A stretch of DNA of 64,000 bases from Pecten maximus (Eukaryota): positions 372,001 to 436,000 of the forward strand of contig NC_047015.1 in assembly GCF_902652985.1 (NCBI RefSeq), in the 5' to 3' direction. The notes beneath the pieces are model-generated. The model did not search any database, had not been told where the DNA came from, and saw nothing but the letters and a program-made list of their open reading frames with translations. This document shows positions 41,245-53,906 of the stretch, one piece after another. Both the position numbers and the translations under genes were made by a program. The first letter of the stretch is position 1; the number at the start of each line of letters is the position of its first letter.

Positions 41245-43184
41245 TCTAACGACAGAATGACCTCCCTTAGGGAAGTGGATTCGATATAAACCTTAAAACA
41301 GAATGACCTCCTTTAGGGAAGTGGATTCGATTTAACCTTAAAACAGAATGACCACCCTTAGGGAAGTGGATTTGATATAAATCTTAAAACTGAATTACCT
41401 CCCTTAGGGAAGTGGATTCGATATAAACCTTAAAACAGAATGACCTCCCTTAGGGAAGTGGATTCGATATAAATCTTAAAACTGAATTACCTCCCTTAGG
41501 GAAGTGGATTCGATATAAACCTTAAAACAGAATTACCTCCCTTAGGGAAGTGGATTCGATATAAATCTTAAAACAGAATGACCTCCCTTAGGGAAGTAAA
41601 TCTTAAGATAGAATTACCTCCCTTTGGGAAGTAGATTTAATATAAATCTTAAGACAGAATGACCTCCCTTATTATAGATATTAAGATAGAATGACCTCCA
41701 TTAATATAAATCTTAAAACAGAATGACCTCCCTTAATATAGATCTTAAGACAGAATGACCTCCCTTAATATAGATCTTAAGACAGAATGACCTCCCTTAT
41801 TATAGATCTTAAGACAGAATGACCTCCCTTATTATAGATATTAAGATAGAATGACCTCCATTAATATAGATCTTAAGACAGAATGACCTCCCTTAATATA
41901 GATCTTAAGACAGAATGACCTCCCTTAATATAGATCTTAAGACAGAATGACCTCCCTTAATATAGATCTTAAGACAGAATGACCTCCCTTATTATAGATA
42001 TTAAGATAGAATGACCTCCATTAATATAAATCTTAAAACAGAATGACCTCCCTTAATATAGATCTTAAGACAGAATGACCTCCCTTAATATAGATCTTAA
42101 GACAGAATGACCTCCCTTATTATAGATCTTAAGACAGAATGACCTCCCTTAATATAGATCTTAAGACAGAATTACCTCCCTTAATATAGATCTTAAGACA
42201 GAATGACCTCCCTTATTATAGATCTTAAGACAGAATGACCTCCCTTAATATAGATCTTAAGACAGAATGACCTCCATTAATATAAATCTTAAAACAGAAT
42301 GACCTCCAGATGGAATTACTTCCCTTGATATAGATCTTAAGACAAAGATACCTCCCTTAGAGAGTTGGATTTAATATAAATCGTAAGACAGAATTTCTTC
42401 CCTTAATATAGATCATAAATTTAGACAGAATAAGCTCCCTAAGAGAAGTGGATTTAATATAGATCTTAAGACAGAATTTCTTCCTTTAATATAGTTCATA
42501 AATTAAGACAGAGTAATCTCCCTTAGATAAAAGGATTTAATATAAGATCTTTAGACAGAATGTCCTCCCTTAGAGAAGTGGGTTAAATATAGATCTTTAG
42601 GCAGAATGACCTCCCTTAGAGAAGTGGATCTAATATAGATCTTTAGACAGAATTTTTTCACATAACTAACAGGGTTTTCTGGCGCTATATGATGCTGCTC
42701 ACAATAACGTAATATTACCATTTTGCATTGAGTAACCAAGTCGTAAATGATGACGTCATAAATTTTGACGCGCATTCCAAGGAGCATTGAAGATGGCGTG
42801 ATGAAAATCTTTCATAAAAGCTTATGTTTGGTTACAAGTATGTGAGAAAAATAATCAATCATGGGTCTTTTCTGTGAACAAGGATATCTCAACCCTCGTG
42901 TAAGGGTCTGGCTGGCCAGCACTTCTGTGAACAAGGATATCTCAACCCTCGTGTAAGGGTTTGGCTGGCCAGCACTTCTGCGAACAAGGATATCTCGACC
43001 CTTGTGTAAGGGTCTGGCTGGCTAGCACTCGGCCAGCCTCGTGCTGACTGGCCAAACTCTTACACTCGGGTCGAGATATCCCTGTTCAAGGAACAGACCA
43101 ATGATAGATTTTATTATTCTCCCTTACAGAAGTGGATTAAATATAGATCTTCAGACAGAATTATCTCCCTTTGAGAAGAATTAC
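41245..43184. repeat. 32/44-bp minisatellite containing the donor site of the adjacent Cav3 exon
   Basis: aagacagaat(g/t)acctcccttaatatagatctt units; minus strand GGAG|GT(A/C)ATTCT matches the real junction TGGAG|GTAATTCT; interrupted at ~42655-43120. Confidence 0.85.
42843..43120. mobile_element. Palindromic MITE-like insertion with a triplicated ~52-bp arm
   Basis: gagaaaaataatcaatcatgggtc..gaacaaggatatctcgaccc versus gggtcgagatatccctgttc..gaccaatgatagattttattattctc. Confidence 0.65.
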
Positions 43185-43304
43185 CTCCATCTCTTCTTCT
43201 TTAACATTGACATCACGGCCAGTTGATTCTTCTTTTTCTTCCTCATTGTCATCTTCACCATCACCATCTAATAGATCATCTTCATCCACCATACGATGAG
43301 ATTC
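43185..43304 (-). CDS. Cav3: Cav3 proximal C-terminal exon B (ESHRMVDEDDLL...KEEEME)
   Basis: ttgaacag| acceptor and |GTAATT donor, 120 bp, phase 0-0; KHLE+ESH continues the invertebrate Cav3 pattern. Confidence 0.8.
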
Positions 43305-44495
43305 CTGTTCAATGTTTAGAAGTAAAGCAAATGTATAATACTGCTACAAGTATGCTATAAACCTTAATGCTTGAAAACCATTTCCCTGAAAAATTCATGT
43401 AGATACATTAACAAAAACAATTAGAGTTAAACAATCATGTTATGTAGGTCTCGGGTATCCAACACCATTTTATCAGTATTTGTTGATTTTCTTGAACATT
43501 AAAACAATCAAAGAAACATACTTAAAAGGTGTACCCAGTAACTACCTTTTTATAGATATAGAAAATGTAACACCTCTGTAATAGGAAATAATAAATGTTA
43601 AGATGTTACAGAAGGAACATTGAAAAATTTTATGTTATATAAAAGTTCTTCAGCATTCACCAATACCATACTCTATAAAAGGGATACACAACTGAGTGGG
43701 AGGTTATACAGGAGACAGACATACAGGAAGTCCCTACAATGTGTGGCCTCACTGCTGTCTACACAGACCATGTGGCATCAGGCCTTCAAAATTAAAAACT
43801 TTCATTAAAGATGGAAAATCATGCTAAGTTTAAGAGATATGAGTCCAGACTGCCACATAGTGATTGACATGGCGTTAGTTTCCCTCAAGTGTTACCCATG
43901 GAACACTGAACATATACATGTAAATCTTTATTGATAAAAGAGAATTATATTAACATTATCTTTTTGAAACTGTTTTAAAATTCTGAAATAAAGCAAGGAT
44001 TGATATCTTTACAATCACTACAAATTAGTCCACACACGAACTGTATTAAAGACACAAGGTCAAAGACCACAAAATATAGCACTACAAAAAAACCAGGTAG
44101 GCATCAATACCATTTCTGAAATCAAAATACAACAAAACTCTTGGTAAGGAAGAAATAAGAAAAAGAAAAAAAGGTAGGTACACTTGAGACAGAGAAGGCG
44201 GATTCTGGAGAAATAAATCAACATTAAGTTAACAGTCTCGTGCAAAGTTGTGCAGTGCTGAACCAGTAATGATCATGTGAACAAACTATACATGCATATA
44301 TACATAAATATTGAGGCAGTACTACCATCAATTCTCACCTTTAAATCCCTTTATGATTTAAGAATAAATTAATGGACATCCTTCTTTCCTAGAACTTATT
44401 GATATAAAACAATAATTTTACCACTAAAACAACAGCAAATTTCTAAAAAGAGGAATCAAAACAGATATAGAAAGCACCTAAAACTCGTATCTCAC

Positions 44496-44597
44496 CTGAT
44501 ATTTGAGTTCAAATATTTCAGTTTTATTTTTATCCTCCATTTCGTGTCTGAGTTCTTCCTCTACCTCATCGTCCAACTCTTTGTATTTGTAAGTTTC
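44496..44597 (-). CDS. Cav3: Cav3 proximal C-terminal exon A (ETYKYKELDDEVEEELRHEME...LKYQ), candidate alternative exon
   Basis: ttaacag| acceptor and CAG|GTGAGA donor, 102 bp, phase 0-0, acidic helix resembling the post-IVS6 segment of Cav3. Confidence 0.7.
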
Positions 44598-44939
44598 CTG
44601 TTAATTAAGCAATAGTATCACCAGACACACTAGCCTGTTACAACCAAATGGCCTTTCTGATGTCTTCACATGAGGCCTCCCACAGGAGAATTTGGATGAC
44701 ATGATAATAATGAGTGTTCAGCCAATGGTTTACTTCCATTAGCACCTTGTAAACCTGCCTCACTAAACCAACGTTATCTATAAGTAGTATGAGAAGGGCC
44801 CAGTCACCTGTGTAGTTCTGGTAACATGTTTCATCGTTATAACATGGAAATGACCATGTAAACATAGTAAAGATGGATTCCTGTGTAGTTTCTGATTTGT
44901 GATTTCCATGACAATGTAAATTCTGGAAATCTGCACTGA

Positions 44940-45570
44940 AAGAAATTTACCTGTATATTGATAACTGGAATATCTTTATTGAGAGAAGTTTACCTGTATA
45001 TCAAAAACTGAAATACTTCATTAACTGGAATACCTTTTTTGAGAGAAGTTTACCTGTATATCAATAACTGGAATACTTCAATAACTGGAATACCTTTATT
45101 GAGAGAAATTTTCCTGTATATCAATAACTAGAATACCTTTTATTGCGAAAACTGTTTACCTGTATATCAAAAACTTTGTTTGTTTTTGTTTAACATCCTT
45201 TTAACAGCCAGGGTCATTTAAGGATGTACCAGGTTTGTGAGGTAGAGGAAAACCGGAGTACCCACAGAAAAACCACCGGTCTACAGTCATTACCTGGAAA
45301 CTGCCCCACATAGGTTTCAAACTCGCAACCCAGAGGTGGAGGGCAAGTGATAAAGAGTCAGGACACATTAACCACTCGGCCACCGCGGCCCCGGTATATA
45401 TCAAAAACTGGAATACTTCAATAAGTGGAATACTTCAATAACTGGAATACCTTCATTGAGAGAAATTTTCCTGTATATCAATAACTGGAATGCATTTATT
45501 TATTGAGAGATTGTATATCATTAATGGGAATACCTGTTTTGAGAGACGTTTACCTGTATATCAATAATTG
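44940..45570. repeat. Degenerate ~45-bp tandem repeat, interrupted by a SINE
   Basis: tttacctgtatatcaataactggaatacc..attgagagaa units. Confidence 0.8.
45176..45392 (-). mobile_element. tRNA-derived SINE with Meta-like core
   Basis: Head gccgcggtggccgagtggtta (box A) and gagtttgaaacc (box B-like); core ccggtggttttt..gggtactccggttttcct; A/C-rich tail. Confidence 0.85.
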
Positions 45571-46329
45571 ATTATCAATCTCTTCAGCCATAATAAATAT
45601 CTCATTTGATTTTGGAGAATAGTCACTTGTTTACCGCCATGAATGTTCATGTGTTCTTTATATCCCGGTCTGGGAGTGCTTTTTCCAACTCTTACATTTG
45701 ATGTAGTATATTACATGTATGTACAGGCCTAAAGCTCAGGGTTAAACCCTGTGTACATGTATATTATGTACAGGCCTGAAGGTCAGTGCTAAACCCTGTG
45801 TACATGTACATTATGTACAGGCCTGAAGCCCACTGTTTAACCCTGTTGACCCCTGGGACCTTGAATGTAGGCCAAGGTCATTCATTAGAACATACTTATA
45901 AGCCCTTCATAATCTCTAATCTTTTCATCCATGAAGAGAACTTGGTTCGAGCATATCTGAGCCTAAAGAAGATGTGGAAATCTGAGCAAATTGACCCCTT
46001 AGGCCTTTTGTCCCCTGTCCAGAACCCTTATAACTTTGAATCAACATTGGAAAGTTCCTGCAAAAGTTTATCAATATTGATTCAGTGGTTTTAGAGAAGA
46101 TGAAAATATCAATTATTAAAGGATGCATTACAACAGACAAAAGGTGATTGTTATCTGAGACTCAAGTAACCTATTTCTTAGTGAGACTGTGGAATTTTAC
46201 ATCACATACTGGTCTTAGTGAGACAACAGTTTGATTACAATGCTTTAATTCTAAAATGGTGAGACAAAGTGCTGACAACACTCAGTAAATCTGTTGTGTA
46301 TATAATCACACTATGCATATAGTTTGTGT

Positions 46330-46750
46330 AGTTCACACTATTAAATAGTTCACATCATTACATAGTTCACATCATTAAATAGTTCACATCATTAAATAGT
46401 TCGCACTATTAACTAGTTCACATCATTAAATATTTCACATCATTAAATATTTCACACTATCAAATAGTTCACACGATTAAATACGTTTCTGAAGAATGTA
46501 ATATGATGGCTTCATGAGATACTGAAGAATGTAATATGATGGCTTCATGAGTTACAGAACAATGTAATATGATGGCTTCATGAGATACTGAAGAATGTAA
46601 TATGATGGCTTCATGAGATACAGAACAATGTAATATGATGGCTTCATGAGATACAGAAGAATGTTATATGATGGTTCATGAGATACTGAAGAATGTAATA
46701 TGATGGTTCATGAGTTACTGAAGAATGTTATATGATGGTTCATGAGATAC
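46330..46750. repeat. Adjacent 17-bp and ~34-bp tandem repeats
   Basis: agttcacatcattaaat units, then gaagaatgtaatatgatggcttcatgagatact units. Confidence 0.85.
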
Positions 46751-47261
46751 AATGTATTTTGTACACAAGCTTTGTGCTATGGACTGGACTTAATGCACAG
46801 ATAAACCTCTTTCACTAAGAGAAGTGTTATTTAAAACAGAGGAAGACACTTTAGTCTTTAATTCAACACATTTCCAAAATATATATGTTTTACTTATATG
46901 AAGTGGTGCATTAGTTTGATTAAAATTATGAAACATTCCTTGGTGGCTTCATTTCTTTTGTTATATAACAATTGATTTCTCTACAGAAACTACATTGTAA
47001 CTAGAAATTGTGCAGGCACACAGATCAAATGCTTCATAAAATTGTAAAAAAAAAATTGTTTCTATAGCAACACATGAAAAAATGTCTGCATGGTGAGATT
47101 ATTAAATACTTAAATCTATGTATCTATAGCTACGTACAGAAAAATGATTGGTGAGGTTATAAGATACTAAATCAATGTATCAAGTGTATAGCAACATATG
47201 GAAAAAATGTCTGGTGAAATTCAGAGTTAGTTTTTTTTAAGATAAATCAAAGGTCATCATT

Positions 47262-50200
47262 AAGGTCTGTAAGAGGTCAGTAAGTCTGTGTCTGAAGGCC
47301 TGTAGGTCTGTAGGACTCTAGGAGGTCTGTAGGTCTGTAGGTCAGTCTGTATGTCTGTAGGTCTTTAGGTCTGTCTGTAGGTCTGTAGGAGGTCTGTATG
47401 TCTGTAGATCTGTAGGAGGTCTGTCTGTAGGTCTGTAGGTCTGTAGGAGGTCTGTAGGGGGTCTGTAGGTCTGTATGTCTGTCTGTAGGAGGTCTGTAGG
47501 TCTGTCTATAGGTCTGTAGGAGGTCTGTAGGGGGTCTGTAGGTCTGTCTGTAGGAGGTCTGTAGGGGGTCTGTAGGGGGTCTGTACGGGGGTCTGTACGG
47601 GGGTCTGTAGGTCTGAATTAGGTCTCTAGGGGGTATGTAGGTCTGTAGGTCTGAATTAGGTCTCTAGGGGGTCTGTAGGTCTGTCTGTAGGAGGTATGTA
47701 GGAGGTCTGTATGTCTGTAGGGGGTCTGTAGGGGGTCTGTAGGAGGTCTGTAGGAGGTCTGTAGGGGGTCTGTAGGTCTGAATTAGGTCTCTAGGGGGTC
47801 TGTAGGTCTGTAGGAGGTATGTAGGAGGTCTGTAGGAGGTCTGTAGGGGGTCTGTAGGGGGTCTGTAGGTCTGTAGGAGGTCTGTATGTCTGTAGATCTG
47901 TAGGAGGTATGTAGGTCCGTAGGTCTGTAGGAGGTCTGTAGGGGATCTGTAGGTCTGTATGTTTGTCTGTAGGAGGTCTGTAGGGGGTCTGTAGGTCTGT
48001 TTGTAGGAGGTCTGTAGGTCAGTCTGTATGTCTGTAGGGGGTCTGTAGGGGGTCTGTAGGTCTGTAGGAGGTCTGTAGGAGGTCTGTAGGGAGTCTGTAG
48101 GGGGTCTGTAGGTCTGTCTGTAGGATGTCTGTAGGTCTGTAGGAGGTCTGTAGGTCTGTAGGTCTGTAGGAGGTCTGTAGGAGGTCTGTAGGTCAGTCTA
48201 TGTCTGTAGGTCTGTAGGAGGTCTGTAGGTCTGTCTGTATGTCTGTAGAAGGTCTGTATGTCTGTAGGTCTGTAGGAGGTCTGTAGGTCAGTCTGTATGT
48301 CTGTAGTTCTGTAGGTCTGTAGAAGATCTGTAGGGGGTCTGTAGGTCTGTCTATAGGAGGTATGTAGGTCGGTCTGTAGGTCTGTCTGTAGGTCTGTAGG
48401 AGGTCTGTAGGAGGTCTGTAGGTCTGTCTGTAGGAGGTCTGTAGGAGGTCTGTAGGTCTGTCTGTAGGAGGTCTGTAGGTCAGTCTGTAGGTCTGTAGGA
48501 GGTCTGTAGGGGGTCTGTAGGGGGTCTGTATGGGGTCTGTAGGGGGGCTGTAGGTCTGTCTGTAGGGGGTCTGTAGGGGGTCTGTAGGATGTCTGTAGGT
48601 GGTCTGTAGGGGGTCTGTAGGTCTGTCTGTAGGTATGTCTGTAGGTCTGTTGGAGGTCTGTTTTTCTCTCTGTAGGTCTGTAGGAGGTCTGTAGGGGGTC
48701 TGTAGGTCTGTATGTCTGTCTGTAGGAGGTCTGTAGGTCTGTCTATAAGTCTGTAGGTCTGTCTGTATGTCTGTAAGAGGTCTGTAGGGGGTCTGTAGGT
48801 CTGTCTGTAGGTGGTCTGTAGGGGTTCTGTACGGGGTCTGTAGGTCTGAATTAGGTCTCTAGGGGGTATGTAGGTCTGTAGGTCTTAATTAGGTCTCTAG
48901 GGGGTATGTAGGTCTGTAGGAGGTCTGTAGGAGGTCTGTAGGAGGTCTGTATGTCTGTAGGGGGTCTGTAGGAAGTCTGTAGGGGGTCTGTATGAGGTCT
49001 GTATGTCTGTAGGAGGTCTGTAGGAGGTCTGTAGGGGGTCTGTAGATCTGTCTGTAGGAGGTCTGTAGGAGGTCTGTAGGAGGTCTGTATGTCTGTAGGA
49101 AGTCTGTAGGGGGTCTGTAGGTCTGTTTGTAGGAGGTCTGTAGGTCAGTCTGTATGTCTGTAGGGGGTCTGTAGGGGTTCTGTAGGTCTGTAGGAGGTCT
49201 GTAGGAGGTCTGTAGGGAGTCTGTAGGGGGTCTGTAGGTCTGTCTGTAGGATGTCTGTAGGTCTGTAGGAGGTCTGTAGGAGGTCTGTAGGTCAGTCTAT
49301 GTCTGTAGGTCTGTAGGAGGTCTGTAGGTCTGTCTGTATGTCTGTAGAAGGTCTGTATGTCTGTAGGTCTGTAGGAGGTCTGTAGGTCAGTCTGTATGTC
49401 TGTAGGTCTGTAGTTCTGTAGGTCTGTAGAAGATCTGTAGGGGGTCTGTAGGTCTGTCTATAGGAGGTATGTAGGTCTGTCTGTAGGTCTGTAGGAGGTC
49501 TGTAGGAGGTATGTAGGTCTGTCTGTAGGAGGTATGTAGGAGGTCTGTATGTCTAGGGGGTCTGTAGGGGGTCTGTAGGGGGTCTGTAGGAGGTCTGTAG
49601 GAGGTCTGTAGGGGGTCTGTAGGTCTGTCTGTAGGAGGTCTGTAGGGGGTCTGTAGGTCTGTCTGTAGGAGGTCTGTATGTCTGTAGGAGGTCTGTAGGT
49701 CTGTCTGTAGGTCTGTAGAAGGTCTGTAGGTCAGTCTATGTCTGTAGGTCTGTAGTAGGTCTGTAGGTCAGTCTGTATGTCTGTAGGTCTTTAGTTCTGT
49801 AGGTCTGTAGAAGATCTGTAGGGGGTCTGTAGGTCTGTCTATAGGAGGTATGTAGGTCGGTCTGTAGGTCTGTCTGTAGGTCTGTAGGAGGTCTGTAGGT
49901 CTGTCTGTAGGAGGTCTGTAGGTCTGTCTGTAGGAGGTCTGTAGGTCAGTCTGTAGGTCTGTAGGAGGTCTGTAGGGGGTCTGTAGGGGGACTGTAGGGG
50001 GTCTGTATGGGGTCTGTAGGAGGGCTGTAGGTCTGTCTGTAGGGGGTCTGTAGGGGGTCTGTAGGATGTCTGTAGGTGGTCTGTAGGGGGTCTGTAGGTC
50101 TGTCTGTAGGTATGTCTGTAGATCTGTTGGAGGTCTGTAGGAGGTCTGTATTTCTCTCTGTAGGTCTGTAGGAGGTCTGTAGGGGGTCTGTAGGTCTGTA

Positions 50201-53200
50201 TGTCTGTCTGTAGGAGGTCTGTAGGTCTGTCTATAAGTCTGTAGGTCTCTCTGTATGTCTGTAAGAGGTCTGTAGGGGGTCTGTAGGTCTGTCTGTAGGT
50301 GGTCTGTAGGGGTTCTGTAGCAGGTCTGTAGGGGGTCTGTACGGGGTCTGTAGGTCTGAATTAGGTCTCTAGGGGGTATGTAGGTCTGTAGGTCTTAATT
50401 AGGTCTCTAGGGGGTCTATAGATCTGTCTGTAGGTCTGTAGGAGGTCTGTATGTCTGTAGGAGGTCTGTAGGGGTCTGTAGGTCTGTTTGTAGGAGGTCT
50501 GTAGGGGGTCTGTAGGTCTGTAAAAGGTCTGTAGGAGGTCTGTAGGGAGTCTGTAGGGGGTCTGTAGGTCTGTCTGTAGGATGTCTGTAGGTCTGTAGGA
50601 GGTCTGTAGGTCTGTAGGAGGTCTGTAGGAGGTCTGTAGGGGGTCTGTAGGGGGTCTGTAGGTCTGAATTAGGTCTCTAGGGGGTATGTAGGTCTGTAGG
50701 TCTGAATTAGGTCTCTAGGGGGTCTGTAGGTCTGTCTGTAGGAGGTATGTAGGAGGTCTGTATGTCTGTAGGGGGTCTGTAGGGGGTCTGTAGGAGGTCT
50801 GTAGGAGGTCTGTAGGGGGTCTGTAGGTCTGAATTAGGTCTCTAGGGGGTCTGTAGGAGGTATGTAGGAGGTCTGTAGGAGGTCTGTAGGGGGTCTGTAG
50901 GTCTGTAGGAGGTCTGTATGTCTGTAGATCTGTAGGAGGTCTGTAGGGGATCTGTAGGTCTGTATGTTTGTCTGTAGGAGGTCTGTAGGGGTCTGTAGGT
51001 ATGTCTATAGGGGGTCTGTAGGGGATCTGTAGGTCTGAATTAGGTCTCTAGGGGGTATGTAGGTCTGTAGGTCTGAATTAGGTCTCTAGTGGGTCTGTAG
51101 GTCTGTCTGTAGGAGGTATGTAGGAGGTCTGTATGTCTAGGGGGTCTGTAGGGGGTCTGTAGGAGGTCTGTAGGAGGTCTGTAGGGGGTCTGTAGGTCTG
51201 TCTGTAGGAGGTCTGTATGTCTGTAGGAGGTCTGTAGGTCTGTCTGTATGTCTGTAGAAGGTCTGTATGTCTGTAGGTCTGTAGGAGGTCTGTAGGTCAG
51301 TCTGTATGTCTGTAGGTCTGTAGTTCTGTAGGTCTGTAGAAGATCTGTAGGGGGTCTGTAGGTCTGTCTATAGGAGGTATGTAGGTCGGTCTGTAGGTCT
51401 GTCTGTAGGTCTGTAGGAGGTCTGTAGGAGGTCTGTAGGTCTGTCTGTAGGAGGTCTGTAGGAGGTCTGTAGGTCTGTCTGTAGGAGGTCTGTAGGTCAG
51501 TCTGTAGGTCTGTAGGAGGTCTGTAGGGGGTCTGTAGGGGGTCTGTAGGGGGGCTGTAGGTCTGTCTGTGGGGGGTCTGTAGGGGGTCTGTAGGGGGTCT
51601 GTAGGATGTCTGTAGGTGGTCTGTAGGGGGTCTGTAGGTCTGTCTGTAGGTATGTCTGTAGGTCTGTTGGAGGTCTGTATTTCTCTCTGTAGGTCTGTAG
51701 GAGGTCTGTAGGGGGTCTGTAGGTCTGTATGTCTGTCTGTAGGAGGTCTGTAGGTCTGTCTATAAGTCTGTAGGTCTGTCTGTATGTCTGTAAGAGGTCT
51801 GTAGGGGGTCTGTAGGTCTGTCTGTAGGTGGTCTGTAGGGGTTCTGTACGGGGTCTGTAGGTCTGAATTAGGTCTCTAGGGGGTATGTAGGTCTGTAGGT
51901 ATTAATTAGGTCTCTAGGGGGTATATAGGTCTGTAGGAGGTCTGTAGGAAGTCTGTAGGGGGTCTGTATGAGGTCTGTATGTCTGTAGGAGGTCTGTAGG
52001 GGGTCTGTAGATCTGTCTGTAGGAGGTCTGTAGGAGGTCTGTAGGAGGTCTGTATGTCTGTAGGAAGTCTGTAGGGGGGTCTGTAGTAGGGGGTCTGTAG
52101 GTCTGTTTGTAGGAGGTCTGTAGGTCAGTCTGTATATCTGTAGGGGGTCTGTAGGGGGTCTGTAGGTCTGTAGGAGGTCTGTAGGGAGTCTGTAGGGGGT
52201 CTGTAGGTCTGTCTGTAGGATGTCTGTAGGTCTGTAGGAGGTCTGTAGGAGGTCTGTAGGTCAGTCTATGTCTGTAGGTCTGTATGAGGTCTGTAGGTCT
52301 GTCTGTATGTCTGTAGAAGGTCTGTATGTCTGTAGGTCTGTAGGAGGTCTGTAGGTCAGTCTGTATGTCTTTAGGTCTGTAGTTCTGTAGGTCTGTAGAA
52401 GATCTGTAGGGGGTCTGTAGGTCTGTCTATAGGAGGTATGTAGGTCTGTCTGTAGGTCTGTAGGAGGTCTGTAGGAGGTATGTAGGTCTGTCTGTAGGAG
52501 GTATGTAGGAGGTCTGTATGTCTAGGGGGTCTGTAGGGGGTCTGTAGGAGGTCTGTAGGGGTCTGTAGGGAGTCTGTAGGAGGTCTGTAGGGGGTCTGTA
52601 GGTCTGTCTGTAGGAGGTCTGTATGTCTGTAGGAGGTCTGTAGGTCTGTCTGTAGGTCTGTAGAAGGTCTGTAGGTCAGTCTATGTCTGTAGGTCTGTAG
52701 GAGGTCTGTAGGTCAGTCTGTATGTCTGTAGGTCTTTAGTTCTGTAGGTCTGTAGAAGATCTGTAGGGGGTCTGTAGGTCTGTCTATAGGAGGTATGTAG
52801 GTCGGTATGTAGGTCTGTCTGTAGGTCTGTAGGAGGTCTGTAGGAGGTCTGTAGGTCTGTCTGTAGGAGGTCTGTAGGAGGTCTGTAGGAGGTCTGTAGG
52901 TCTGTCTGTAGGAGGTCTGTAGGTCAGTCTGTAGGTCTGTAGGAGGTCTGTAGGGGGTCTGTAGGGGGACTGTAGGGGGTCTGTATGGGGTCTGTAGGGG
53001 GGCTGTAGGTCTGTCTGTAGAGGGTCTGTAGGGGGTCTGTAGGATGTCTGTAGGTGGTCTGTAGGGGGTCTGTAGGTCTGTCTGTAGGTATGTCTGTAGA
53101 TCTGTTGGAAGTCTGTAGGAGGTCTGTAGGGGGTCTGTAGGTCTGTATGTCTGTCTGTAGGAGGTCTGTAGGTCTGTCTATAAGTCTGTAGGTCTGTCTG

Positions 53201-53906
53201 TATGTCTGTAAGAGGTCTGTAGGGGGTCTGTAGGTCTGTCTGTAGGTGGTCTGTAGGGGTTCTGTAGCAGGTCTGTAGGGGGTCTGTACGGGGTCTGTAG
53301 GTCTGAATTAGGTCTCTAGGGGGTATGTAGGTCTGTAGGTCTTAATTAGGTCTCTAGGGGGTCTGTAGATCTGTCTGTAGGAGGTCTGTATGTCTGTAGG
53401 AGGTCTGTAGGAGGTCTGTAGGGGTCTGTAGGTCTGTTTGTAGGAGGTCTGTAGGTCAGTCTGTATGTCTGTAGGGGGTCTGTAGGTCTGTAGGAGGTCT
53501 GTAGGAGGTCTGTATGTCTATAGGTCTGTAGGAGGTCTGTAGGTCAGTCTATGTCTGTAGGTCTGTAGGAGGTCTGTAGGTCAGTCTGTATGTCTGTAGG
53601 TCTGTAGTTCTGTAGGTCTGTAGAAGATCTGTAGGGGGTCTGTAGGTCTGTCTGTAGGTCTGTAGGAGGTCTGTAGGAGGTCTGTAGGAGGTATGTAGGT
53701 CTGTCTGTAGGAGGTCTGTAGGTCAGTCTGTAGGTCTGTATGAGGTCTGTAGGGGGTCTGTAGGGGGTCTGTAGGGGGTCTGTATGAGGTCTGTAGGAGG
53801 TCTGTATTTCTCTCTGTAGGTCTGTAGGAGGTCTGTAGGGGGTCTGTAGGTCTGTAGGTCTGTCTGTAGGAGGTCTGTAGGTCTGTAGAAGGTCTGTAGG
53901 TCTACA
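47262..53906. repeat. 6.6-kb complex (GGTCTGTA/GGAGGTCTGTA/GGGGGTCTGTA)n satellite with ~3-kb higher-order duplication
   Basis: Direct reading; marker gaagatctgtagggggtc recurs at ~48322/51339, ~49428/52398 and ~49810/52754. Confidence 0.97.

Noticed and set aside
44638-44936. Additional Cav3 exon (ORF MFTWSFPC...)
   Set aside because: No Cav3 similarity and no convincing phase-compatible splice pair.
45330-45392. tRNA gene
   Set aside because: tRNA-like head continues into a SINE core and tail; no complete cloverleaf evident.
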